Assembly: GCA_016286535.1 (NCBI GenBank)
Contig: JAEESZ010000005.1
Span: forward strand, 156,585 to 220,584
Direction of reading: 5' to 3'
Source of the DNA: Treponema sp.
Lineage (GTDB): Bacteria; Spirochaetota; Spirochaetia; Treponematales; Treponemataceae
Length of the DNA: 64,000 nucleotides
Position 1 is the stretch's first letter. Every line of letters starts with the position of its first letter. The position numbers and the translations under genes were made by a program. Positions 18,996 through 27,868 of this stretch are shown here, one piece after another. The notes under the pieces were generated by a model. That model made no database searches. It saw only the letters and a list, made by a program, of their open reading frames with translations, and had not been told where the DNA came from.

Positions 18996-19581
18996 ATGAA
19001 ATTTCTACCTTTCTTACTCCCATTAACTTTATTTGTATCCTGTCAGAGCTGGTATAAGACCAGTGTAGATATGAGTAAAATAACAAACAAAACTACATAC
19101 CAGCCTTTTACAGAATTAAATGACCCAATAGTTGTAAATATGCCGGTTTATGAGACACTATATTTATGGGGTAATGAAAACAATAAATTTAAACAGAACA
19201 GAATAGGCGACATGTTTGTAATATATGACTGGGAAAGTGATGAAATTTACGACTGGGTCTTTTACGGGAAGGAAAGTTTTTATTGTCTACCCCACATAAT
19301 TCAGGTAGGAAGTAATCCTAAGTATTATATAAATTCTCTGGATTCTTCTGGAACAATAGCAAAGCTTGAAGCAGATAAAACAAGTGTGACCTTATATCAG
19401 ACGGACAGGAGAGGAACTTTCTTTAATTATTCAACGCCTGGTAAATATTGTCTTCGGGATTATGCAAGGCATTCAGATGAACTGAATAAGGTCTTATTTT
19501 GTCTGAATATATTTGACTGTGAAAAAGGAGAATATACGGCTGCTGATATTCAGATTCCTACAGATGCTTATGGGTATATTT
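18729..19581 (+). repeat. Conserved block of the tandem duplication (copy 2); matches 16264-17116
   Basis: See 16264-17116. Most differences are third-codon-position changes, for example ccc aag tac versus cct aag tat. Confidence 0.75.
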
Positions 19582-20195
19582 TGACTATAAATTCAAGTAA
19601 AAGTGGTGATTTTTATTTTGGGAATATCCTGGATGGTAAAGGACAAGTTTGTAAAGTGAATTGTGAAGCTGGAAGTGTAGAAATAAAAGAACCAGGGATA
19701 AACTGTTATAAAGAGAATTCAACAAGTTATAAATATAATATCGATGTAATATATATAAAAGATGATGATTTCTTATTCTTAAATAAAAGCCCCTTAGGTT
19801 CTGCTCCATATATAGGAAACAAACTATATCTGTATTCTTTCGCAGAAAATACAAAAAAAGAGTTCTCTTTAAGTACGAGTGGATATGAATTATTTAGTAG
19901 AATTGTACAAGTAAATGACAATTATTATTTAATTACCACAGATCATTCTTCAGAGGAGTGTTCAATTAGTATATATAAACTAAATCTTGAAAACATGTCA
20001 GGGGAAAAGATTAGCCAGGATAATTCTATTTTTATTTCACTAACACAGGAACCTCTAGTTCGAGGTAATAGAATTTATATTTTCAATTACTGGAACTCTC
20101 ATAAAATCCAATACCTATATTTTGATGTAGAAACAAAGGAAGTAAGCCCTATTAAAGTTCTGAACCAGAAAGAAGTAGTAGGCTTTGATTTTTAA
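18996..20195 (+). CDS. Beta-rich lipoprotein partner (module copy B2)
   Basis: Lipobox FVSC, with a TAAATG junction to A2. Residues 16-195 are about 97% identical to B1, residues ~196-370 only about 35-40% identical, and the last ~30 aa nearly identical again. Confidence 0.6.
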   Translation: MKFLPFLLPLTLFVSCQSWYKTSVDMSKITNKTTYQPFTELNDPIVVNMPVYETLYLWGNENNKFKQNRIGDMFVIYDWESDEIYDWVFYGKESFYCLPHIIQVGSNPKYYINSLDSSGTIAKLEADKTSVTLYQTDRRGTFFNYSTPGKYCLRDYARHSDELNKVLFCLNIFDCEKGEYTAADIQIPTDAYGYILTINSSKSGDFYFGNILDGKGQVCKVNCEAGSVEIKEPGINCYKENSTSYKYNIDVIYIKDDDFLFLNKSPLGSAPYIGNKLYLYSFAENTKKEFSLSTSGYELFSRIVQVNDNYYLITTDHSSEECSISIYKLNLENMSGEKISQDNSIFISLTQEPLVRGNRIYIFNYWNSHKIQYLYFDVETKEVSPIKVLNQKEVVGFDF

Positions 20196-20213
20196 TAATA
20201 AAAGGAGTTGTTT

Positions 20214-20759
20214 ATGAAAAAAAAGTTAATTGTGTTATTTATGTCATTTGTTTTGGGTGGAAGTGCTTTGTTTGCAGATTCGTTCCACTTCTTACTACAG
20301 GCAGATTGTGAGATTCCAAATCTAATTATTAATTATGATAAATCTTTATCTTTCTCTTTTTACCCATATCCAATGCCATTTTTAGAGACAAATTTTCAAA
20401 TGCCTTCAAAAGCTAATGAAAGAATTTACCTTGGATTAAAATTACTTCCTACTGGAATGGGTGGAATAGTTGAGATTTCTTCACGTTTTGGAGGAATTAT
20501 TAAAGAATCTAAAATCTGGGATAATCATAATGTAGAAATTCTTGGTGGCTTTGCAGCAGGTGTTGAAATAGGTTTGCTCGATGCAGTCTACATAGTCCCA
20601 ACTTTTGATATGAATTTTCAAGCATTTTTAATGCCAGATAATAAAGGATTCTATGTTGGCTTAGGACCAAATATCAAAATGATGCTGGATATTTATAGCA
20701 GTAATTTTTCTTTTGAAGCTTTTATTTCTGCCATGCTGTGTGCGGGGTATAAATTCTAG
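20214..20759 (+). CDS. Small secreted beta-rich protein, OMP-like (paralog of 13313-13849)
   Basis: Signal peptide MKKKLIVLFMSFVLGGSALFA/DS and C-terminal GYKF. It is co-oriented with B2 and starts 18 nt after it. The ATG at 20214 is preferred. Confidence 0.5.
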   Translation: MKKKLIVLFMSFVLGGSALFADSFHFLLQADCEIPNLIINYDKSLSFSFYPYPMPFLETNFQMPSKANERIYLGLKLLPTGMGGIVEISSRFGGIIKESKIWDNHNVEILGGFAAGVEIGLLDAVYIVPTFDMNFQAFLMPDNKGFYVGLGPNIKMMLDIYSSNFSFEAFISAMLCAGYKF

Positions 20760-20787
20760 CATCGAAAATGCTATTACATAATTGGAG

Positions 20788-22860
20788 CTATTTCTTTAAA
20801 TCAAGAATAGCTTCAATTACCTTGTCTGTACCTTCCTTTAATGATTCCGTTGCTTTAGTTACAATCTGGCCGGCTTCTTTCAGATTATTCAAAGATTCCA
20901 GAACAAGCTTACTGCCTTCGTTTTCTTCTGCAACTGCATTCTTTACTTCCAGATCCTGATTTCTTACCATAGTTGTAAGTTCAACAATATTTTCAAATTC
21001 ATTAGTAGTAGAAATTGTTTTTGAATATGCCGAATCAATTAAAGCTTTTATCTGATTAAGAACTTCAGAAATCTTTTTGGTTTCACGGTTAGAACTTTCT
21101 GCAAGGTTACGAATTTCGTCTGCAACAACAGCAAAGCCTGCTCCGAATTCTCCTGCATGAGCCGCTTCTATGGCTGCATTCATTGCAAGTAAGTTTGTCT
21201 GGCTTGCAATCTGCTGAATCATATTACTCATTTCTGAAAGGCCTTTAGAATTCTGTTCAATCTGAGCAACAATCTCTTTTACATCGTTAATATTTTCTTT
21301 ACCGGAAAGTGTTGCATTTTCCAGATTCTGTACAGTTTGTGCATTAGATTCCAGAGCAGTATTAATAGACTTAATATTTGCAATCATTTCTTCAATGGCG
21401 GTGGAAGATTCATTTACAGCATTTGTCATCTGGTCTGTTACGGTAGAAAGGCTTCCAACATGATTTTTTGTCTGGTTAAGCTGGGCAACGCTTTCGTCTG
21501 TAACTTCCTGAATTGTTTCGTTAATTTTTTCTGTAAGCTTTTCTTCATGGATTCTTACATTTTCATTAATCAGGAAGTGGTGGCAGTTTTCGTATTTGTT
21601 TATACCGTTATAAATAGCAGTTGCCATTTGTTCGCAGGAACTATAACCGCAGGCTCCACAATTTAAAAAGTCTGATTTTTTTCTTTTACCCATAACGGCA
21701 TAAATTTCATTTAATTCTTCCTGGGTAGGAATTTTTATGAATTTTTTAACTGCGTCACTGCGGTCAACATAAGTTCTGGTGTAAAGGTCTTCCTTCCAGT
21801 ATTTGTTAATTACTTTTTCAAGCTTTTTAAGTCCCAGTAAAGAAGATGTCTTTAATTCCTTCTTACGTTTTTCCATTCGGTCTTCAATAAAGGTTTCCAG
21901 TTCGTCTAAAGGCATTTGCTGATTTACTGTTCCAGCTCCACAGTTACAGCCTCGCTCACAGTTTAAGCAGTCAATTAATTTATATTTAATCTTCTTGCCC
22001 TCTTTTAGGGTCTGGCTTAATTCATTGAAGTAATTTGTCATTACAGGCTGGCCTTCAATTTTTCTGGTATTTTCTGCAATACCTGGAACAAAACGAAGGG
22101 CTGTGCGCATAAGTCCGCCGGGAGTTGAGTATAAAACGGCTCTTTCGGCAGGAGGATTTTCGTATGCGGTCTTTGGAAAATCAGACAGTTTTAATTTGTT
22201 GTTTTCAAAATACTCACTTATAGAACGCATGGAAACGTTGTAATCGCCAAGTCCGTTTTCGTCAAATTCACGTCGTTTTGCATAACAGGGAGAAATTGCT
22301 GCCATTTTGTATCCTTTATATTCAGGATAAAAATGTTTGATTAATGCAAAAGTATGAGCCATGGGGCTGTCGGCAGGACTAAGATATTTAATAAGGTCTG
22401 GTTTGTAAAGCTCTATATAACTTACCAGGGCAGGACAAGGCTGCGAAATAACCAGTTCCGGATTATGCTTTTTAATATATTCAACATAAGATTTTGTAGT
22501 AAGTTCTGCACCAAAAGAAACGTCAAAAACGGCTTTTACACCAATTGATTTTAACCAGCCGTTAAGTTCTAAATCCTGTCCTTTAAAATTGGCAGCAGCA
22601 GCAGGCGCTACAATTGCAACAATTTTTTCTCCCTTTTTAAGGTCATCCATAAAGGCCTGAAAATCATCAATTCCTCGTCTTGCATCATGCGCACAGGCGG
22701 CAATACAGGCACCGCAACCAATACAAAGTTCATGATTAATTGTTACATAATCTTTTGAGCCATCGTTACAGAATTTTGAAGGGCATACAGCAATACAGCG
22801 ATGGCAGTTCACACATTTTTCTGAATCCAAAGAAATTACTTGTTTTAATGGTGCTGACAT
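20788..22860 (-). CDS. [FeFe]-hydrogenase-like sensory domain fused to a methyl-accepting chemotaxis signalling domain (soluble chemoreceptor)
   Basis: Two N-terminal 4Fe-4S motifs ([23 protein letters not shown]). H-cluster-like motifs are [15 protein letters not shown] and [10 protein letters not shown]. An extra CGACGYSSC-x16-C motif follows. The C-terminus carries the MCP hairpin [33 protein letters not shown] prefer the start at 22860, which has a GGAGAG Shine-Dalgarno. Confidence 0.8.
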   Translation of the reverse strand: MSAPLKQVISLDSEKCVNCHRCIAVCPSKFCNDGSKDYVTINHELCIGCGACIAACAHDARRGIDDFQAFMDDLKKGEKIVAIVAPAAAANFKGQDLELNGWLKSIGVKAVFDVSFGAELTTKSYVEYIKKHNPELVISQPCPALVSYIELYKPDLIKYLSPADSPMAHTFALIKHFYPEYKGYKMAAISPCYAKRREFDENGLGDYNVSMRSISEYFENNKLKLSDFPKTAYENPPAERAVLYSTPGGLMRTALRFVPGIAENTRKIEGQPVMTNYFNELSQTLKEGKKIKYKLIDCLNCERGCNCGAGTVNQQMPLDELETFIEDRMEKRKKELKTSSLLGLKKLEKVINKYWKEDLYTRTYVDRSDAVKKFIKIPTQEELNEIYAVMGKRKKSDFLNCGACGYSSCEQMATAIYNGINKYENCHHFLINENVRIHEEKLTEKINETIQEVTDESVAQLNQTKNHVGSLSTVTDQMTNAVNESSTAIEEMIANIKSINTALESNAQTVQNLENATLSGKENINDVKEIVAQIEQNSKGLSEMSNMIQQIASQTNLLAMNAAIEAAHAGEFGAGFAVVADEIRNLAESSNRETKKISEVLNQIKALIDSAYSKTISTTNEFENIVELTTMVRNQDLEVKNAVAEENEGSKLVLESLNNLKEAGQIVTKATESLKEGTDKVIEAILDLKK

Positions 22861-22954
22861 TGTTCTCTCCATTCTTATAGTAAATTTCATTATAGAACAC
22901 AAAAGAAGAATTTAGCAATTCAAATTCACAACCTTAAAGGAAATTTTCCTTATG

Positions 22955-22983
22955 CTGACAAAATTACTTCTCTTCTTTATAAT
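22955..22983 (+). promoter_or_regulatory. Candidate sigma70-type promoter for the carboxylesterase gene
   Basis: CTGACA (22955-22960), a 17-nt spacer, then TATAAT (22978-22983), 34 nt upstream of the ATG at 23017. Confidence 0.35.
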
Positions 22984-23016
22984 TCATTTCAAATCATAAA
23001 TTTTGAGGGGCAGCTT

Positions 23017-24741
23017 ATGAAACGTATTTTTTATTTTTCTGTTTTTTCATTATTATTGTTCGCTTCCTGTAGAACAACAAAGGTAGATGTTACACAGGCT
23101 TTTTCAGAGCAGTCTGAAAATACAAAAGCAGTAGAAACACTTTATGGTCCTGTTGCAGGAATTATTAATCAGAATGAAGGCTTTGAACTTTTTGCCGGAA
23201 TTCCTTTTGCAAAAGCTCCTGTTAATGAATTAAGATGGAAGGAACCTCAGGACATGGAAGCCTGGGATGGCATTTTTTATGCAGATCATTTTGCACCCCT
23301 TGCAATGCAGCCAAGAAACTCTAAAATTTTCAGAAAGCTTTTTAATGCCTATACACATTCTGATGGAGACCGTACAGATTTTGCTCCAATGAGTGAAGAC
23401 TGCCTTTATTTGAATATATGGCGTCCTTTGGATTCTGACGAACAGTCTTCTAGAGGAAGCAGCCGGGGAGACAAGCTTCCTGTTCTGGTATATGTTCATG
23501 GCGGAAGTTTGATGAGCGGTTCTTCCTGGTATGAAGCCTACGATGGAGCAAATCTTTGTAAGCAGGGCATTATTGTTGTTACCATTGCTTATAGAACTGG
23601 AATATTCGGATATTTTGCACATGAAGAACTGGCTGCAGAAAGTCCAAACGGAACAACCGGAAACTACGGACTTTTAGACCAGATAAAGGCTCTTGAATGG
23701 GTTCATAACAATATAGAATTTTTTGGCGGCGATGCCTCGAATATTACAATTGCCGGGGAGTCTGCCGGCTCTTCTTCTGTAAATGCTCTTTGTGCAAGCC
23801 CCCTTACCAAAGGTTTGTTCCGCCGGGCAATTGCAGAAAGCTCATCTTTAGTAGTTCAGGTTCCATCGCATACCTTCAGATCTACAGAAGATGCCTTAAA
23901 AATGGGCCATAAAATTATGAAGGAATTTAAATGCGAAAACATAAGTGAGCTTCGGGCCCTTCCTGCCGAGAAACTAATTAAAACAAAGCACAGCAACAAT
24001 GCCATGACGGTTGACCCTTATGCCATGCCGGAATATCCTTGGGAGATTTATCAGAAAAATCAAAATCATGAAGAAGCCCTGCTAAATGGCTTTAATGCAA
24101 GGGAAGGTTTTGCCTTTACTTTCTTTAGTAAAATAAATAAAAAGAATTACAGACAGCTTTTATCTGAATCACCTTATCTGGTAAATATTGATGAGCTTGT
24201 AAACTATACAAATCCTCACACAAATAAAGAGGCCAAGAAAATCTATACAGATATTTTTTCTGTAATCTGTTTTACTTATCCTCACTACAGCTGGTCAAAG
24301 GTTCTTACAGCCCAGGGAAAACCTGTTTACGAATATTATTTTTCTAAAGAAAACGGGGGAATTGGTACTAACCATTCGGGCGAAATGATATATGCTTATA
24401 AAAATGTGCCAAGAAATTCTGCTTACGATGAAAAAGATTATAAGCTTGAAGAAATTATGAGCACTTACTGGGTAAACTTTGTAAAATACGGAGACCCAAA
24501 CGGGGCTTCTACTGGCTTGAACGGCGGAAGTCTAAAGCGCGGGGCCGCAAAGGGACTTCCTTCCGCCGCGCCACTGAGCCTGCCTCAATGGCAGACGGTC
24601 GGACAAAGCGGGGGGCTGCTGCTGGAGCTTGGTGAGGAAGTTTACATGCGGGAAGATCCTTTTATGGGCTTTTATAAGTTTGTAAATTTTGATATTGATA
24701 AGCAGAAGAGACCGCCAACTTACGGTAAGAAGGAAGAATAA
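23017..24741 (+). CDS. Type B carboxylesterase/lipase family lipoprotein
   Basis: Lipobox LLFASC, oxyanion-hole motif VYVHGGS, nucleophile elbow GESAGS, and family-typical NYGLLDQ. Confidence 0.85.
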   Translation: MKRIFYFSVFSLLLFASCRTTKVDVTQAFSEQSENTKAVETLYGPVAGIINQNEGFELFAGIPFAKAPVNELRWKEPQDMEAWDGIFYADHFAPLAMQPRNSKIFRKLFNAYTHSDGDRTDFAPMSEDCLYLNIWRPLDSDEQSSRGSSRGDKLPVLVYVHGGSLMSGSSWYEAYDGANLCKQGIIVVTIAYRTGIFGYFAHEELAAESPNGTTGNYGLLDQIKALEWVHNNIEFFGGDASNITIAGESAGSSSVNALCASPLTKGLFRRAIAESSSLVVQVPSHTFRSTEDALKMGHKIMKEFKCENISELRALPAEKLIKTKHSNNAMTVDPYAMPEYPWEIYQKNQNHEEALLNGFNAREGFAFTFFSKINKKNYRQLLSESPYLVNIDELVNYTNPHTNKEAKKIYTDIFSVICFTYPHYSWSKVLTAQGKPVYEYYFSKENGGIGTNHSGEMIYAYKNVPRNSAYDEKDYKLEEIMSTYWVNFVKYGDPNGASTGLNGGSLKRGAAKGLPSAAPLSLPQWQTVGQSGGLLLELGEEVYMREDPFMGFYKFVNFDIDKQKRPPTYGKKEE

Positions 24742-24742
24742 T

Positions 24743-25630
24743 ATGTATTCAGATTCACTTTTTGATTTTTCTAAAATTACAGATGAACTGGGCCTGGAGG
24801 AAGGTAAAGAAATCCTCCTTGAACTTTCAGAAAATTCTTCGAATTATGCTCTGGATGGCGGAATGTCTGCAGAAGATATCTGGCAGCGCAGTCAGAGGGT
24901 TCAGGATTGTATTGATTTAATAGAAGATAATAACCTGAAAAATAAGATTTCTAATATGATTTATTTTGCCTGCGGAGTTATGCCAGATTCTGATTCTGTA
25001 GAAAACCGCTTTGAGGTTGTAGAAAACCTTGAAAATGTCATAAATGATTTTAAATCATCAGATGATCCTTTTGCTTCCCATCTTATTGCCCTGGGTCCCG
25101 GCGGAATAGACCACGACTGGGATTCTGTTGAATACAGCGGTCGTGACCACGAATATTTTGACTATTCTACAATAGGAGATGAAAAAGATTTATTTGCCCT
25201 TGAGCTTACCCTTGCAAAAAAACTTAATATGCCATTTATTTTGCATTCCAGAAAAGGATTCAAAGAAACTTCAGATGTATTAAAGGCTGTAAAGTGGAAT
25301 AAAGGACTTGTTCACGGCTTTTCTTATTCAAAATCTGAACTGGAGTTTTTTCTTGATCTAGGCTGGTATATCAGTTTTAGCGGTACCGTTACCTATGGTG
25401 GAAAAAAGAATTTTTCAGATATTTCGGATTTAATAGAATATGTTCCAAAAGACAGAATTCTTATAGAAACAGATTCTCCATTTTATCCGCCAGTTCCTGT
25501 AAAGAGTGATATAAATGTGCCGGGAAACATTAAGTATATTTACGAATATATTAGCAGCAGACGAAATATTACCTGCAGAAAACTTAACGAAATTGTAAGT
25601 TCAAACTTTCAGAATCTCTTTAACCTGTAA
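24743..25630 (+). CDS. TatD family metal-dependent hydrolase with N-terminal extension
   Basis: Motifs GPGGIDHDW, ILHSR, HGFS and ETDSPF. I use the ATG at 24743; the track ORF from 24689 overlaps the upstream gene. Confidence 0.75.
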   Translation: MYSDSLFDFSKITDELGLEEGKEILLELSENSSNYALDGGMSAEDIWQRSQRVQDCIDLIEDNNLKNKISNMIYFACGVMPDSDSVENRFEVVENLENVINDFKSSDDPFASHLIALGPGGIDHDWDSVEYSGRDHEYFDYSTIGDEKDLFALELTLAKKLNMPFILHSRKGFKETSDVLKAVKWNKGLVHGFSYSKSELEFFLDLGWYISFSGTVTYGGKKNFSDISDLIEYVPKDRILIETDSPFYPPVPVKSDINVPGNIKYIYEYISSRRNITCRKLNEIVSSNFQNLFNL

Positions 25631-25675
25631 AAATAAATTTGCCAAAATTATTACTGAGGTTATAATGTAAAGGAT

Positions 25676-27868
25676 ATGTCACCCTTTAAAAGAATGCTTT
25701 GCCGGGTAATAGGATTAGTATGTATCTTATTCATTGTCCTTGAATTCTTATTCCTGATTAATCTGAATGCAAAAAATATTACAGTAATTATAGCAACAAA
25801 GCTTGTTGTATCTGTATTCTCTGTTTTATGTGGTTTTTTCTGTTCTCTTGTATATACAGAGTCCTATAAAAACAGACCGGTACAGTTCTTGCTCTATACT
25901 TTTGGACTTGCATTTTTTAATCTTTTTACAAAATTCTCGATGTCAGGTTTATCTCCTGTAAAAATTTCAATTACTATCGTCCTTTTTGACATTTTTGCTA
26001 CCTGCGCAATCATTTGTATCTTTCTGCTTATTTCCAGAATCTTCCTTCCAAAAGGTTATTCTCTTGCCAAAAATATATTTTTCTTCTTTTTTATAGTTGT
26101 ACCAGCAGCTATGGTCTTAATTAAATATACTTTAACAGTCTTCATTCCTGACTGGACAATAATAAGCAGCCCTCTTAGAAAAACTGTAAATATTGAAGTA
26201 TTAATCATTTACTTTATATGTTTGGGAATTGTTGCCTATATGTTTATTTCTTCTTCAAGAACTGCAACAATGGTTTTAAGGTATTTTTCGCTTGGCTTGT
26301 TTTTTTCCTTCCTGCCATTTTTACTTGTAACCCTTAAATACTATATCCTTGAAAAAGAGCTTGTTTATTATTCAACCTTCGATATTGTTACCATTCTTTC
26401 AGGATATTTATTTGTTTCCCTCTTTTTAACGGCATCGATTTTTCAATACAGAAGTGAAAAAATCAATAAAATCCTCAGGTATTTTTTAGTTTTTGTTTCC
26501 TTTTCTACTACAGAGGTTCTTTTTATACAGACCTTCTACGAAGTTTTTGATCCTCCGGTATTTAAGAGAATTGTAACAGTATCAATGCTGCTGGCTCCTG
26601 TTATTTGCAGTGGATTTGTTGTTTTTTTTGGAAAGGTTCTGGCTCTGGACTCAAGAAAGATGGAAATTGCCCTGAATGTTTTTAAGGACACTCTGGACGA
26701 AATAGATACTAACCAGGACATTTATTTTCTTACGGCAAATACTCTCAAAGAACAGTTGCAGTGCAAATATGTCTTTTTCTATGCCTTGAACAATCTTGAT
26801 AACAAAACAAATAACTGGATTATTCCTTACACAGATACAGAAAAAGAAATAATGGATTCTGAAATAGGAAAGAGCGAAGCCATCAAGGGAAATCATAACC
26901 TGCAGATATTTGAACATAAGACAGCCGCTGTTGTTTTCTACAGGGAAAAGAAGGCCTTCCTGAAAATGTTCATTGGTCCAAAGATTTCTGATGATGAGTA
27001 TCTGCCTGGAGAACTTTCTCTGGTTACCCGCTACGGAAACTTAATGTGTCAGGCTTTAATTTCAAACTATACAAAAGATGTTTCTCATAAGCTGAATGTA
27101 GTTTCAAGTCATTCAAAAATTCTGGACAGGGAACTTAAACTGGCATCTTTTGTTCAGCAGAGCTTTTATCAGCAGAGAGCAGATGTTTTTAACGGCTGGA
27201 AGGTAGAATTCTACTGGAAGCCAATGGAAAGTGTCAGCGGCGACCTGTACGACTTTTTTATGCGCAATGGCGTATTGGATGGACTTGCAATTTTTGATGT
27301 TAGTGGTCATGGAATTTCTTCGGGACTGGTTGCTATGCTTGCCCGTAATATAGTGCATCAGGAATTTTATGCTAATACAAGAAGACCCCTTGAAGAGGTT
27401 ATGAAAGTAATTGATAACCGCTTTAGAACAGAAAAAAATAATATTGAAAATTTTATGACAGGAATTCTTGTCAGGGTTATGAATGGAAACATTGAGCTTG
27501 TAAATGCTGCCCATGTTGATCCATTAGTATATAGAAGAAAAGAAGATAAACTGATGTTTCTGAACGAAATGATTAAATTTCCTCGTTGTACTGTAATTGG
27601 TTTTGAAGGAATTGAACCTAATTTTTCAACCCTGGATTTTGTTCTTGACCCCGGCGATGAAATTATTTTCTACACAGACGGAATTACTGAATGCGCAAAC
27701 GAGGATCATGTTCAGTTTGGTAAGAGAAATTTCTTTGAACTGGTAGAAAAGAATGTTCATAAGTCTATAGCAGAGCAGAAAGAGTCAATTCTGGAAGGGC
27801 TTAAAGCCTTTGCAGGTAATGCTCCTGCCAACGATGACATTACCTTTATAATTCTTCAAAAGAACTAA
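25676..27868 (+). CDS. Multi-TM sensor with C-terminal PP2C/SpoIIE-type phosphatase domain
   Basis: About 10 TM helices in the N-terminal 330 aa. The C-terminus carries SGDLYDF, DVSGHGISSGL, TDGITE and NDDITF motifs. Confidence 0.75.
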   Translation: MSPFKRMLCRVIGLVCILFIVLEFLFLINLNAKNITVIIATKLVVSVFSVLCGFFCSLVYTESYKNRPVQFLLYTFGLAFFNLFTKFSMSGLSPVKISITIVLFDIFATCAIICIFLLISRIFLPKGYSLAKNIFFFFFIVVPAAMVLIKYTLTVFIPDWTIISSPLRKTVNIEVLIIYFICLGIVAYMFISSSRTATMVLRYFSLGLFFSFLPFLLVTLKYYILEKELVYYSTFDIVTILSGYLFVSLFLTASIFQYRSEKINKILRYFLVFVSFSTTEVLFIQTFYEVFDPPVFKRIVTVSMLLAPVICSGFVVFFGKVLALDSRKMEIALNVFKDTLDEIDTNQDIYFLTANTLKEQLQCKYVFFYALNNLDNKTNNWIIPYTDTEKEIMDSEIGKSEAIKGNHNLQIFEHKTAAVVFYREKKAFLKMFIGPKISDDEYLPGELSLVTRYGNLMCQALISNYTKDVSHKLNVVSSHSKILDRELKLASFVQQSFYQQRADVFNGWKVEFYWKPMESVSGDLYDFFMRNGVLDGLAIFDVSGHGISSGLVAMLARNIVHQEFYANTRRPLEEVMKVIDNRFRTEKNNIENFMTGILVRVMNGNIELVNAAHVDPLVYRRKEDKLMFLNEMIKFPRCTVIGFEGIEPNFSTLDFVLDPGDEIIFYTDGITECANEDHVQFGKRNFFELVEKNVHKSIAEQKESILEGLKAFAGNAPANDDITFIILQKN

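Noticed and set aside
15379-20195. A diversity-generating retroelement as the cause of the hypervariable half of B.
   Set aside because: There is no reverse transcriptase gene and no template/variable repeat pair in the window. The divergence includes indels and all substitution types rather than adenine-specific changes.
13313-20759. Calling the island a mobile element, genomic island or prophage.
   Set aside because: No integrase, transposase, tRNA attachment site or terminal repeats are visible. Only the AT-richer composition and the paralogous flanking genes support a foreign origin, so it is reported as a finding and not as a mobile_element feature.
20757-20773. Hairpin TAGCAT-cgaaa-ATGCTA between the convergent OMP-like and hydrogenase-MCP genes, considered as a terminator.
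   Set aside because: The stem is only 6 bp and AT-rich, it overlaps the stop codon, and no T-run follows. It is too weak to call.
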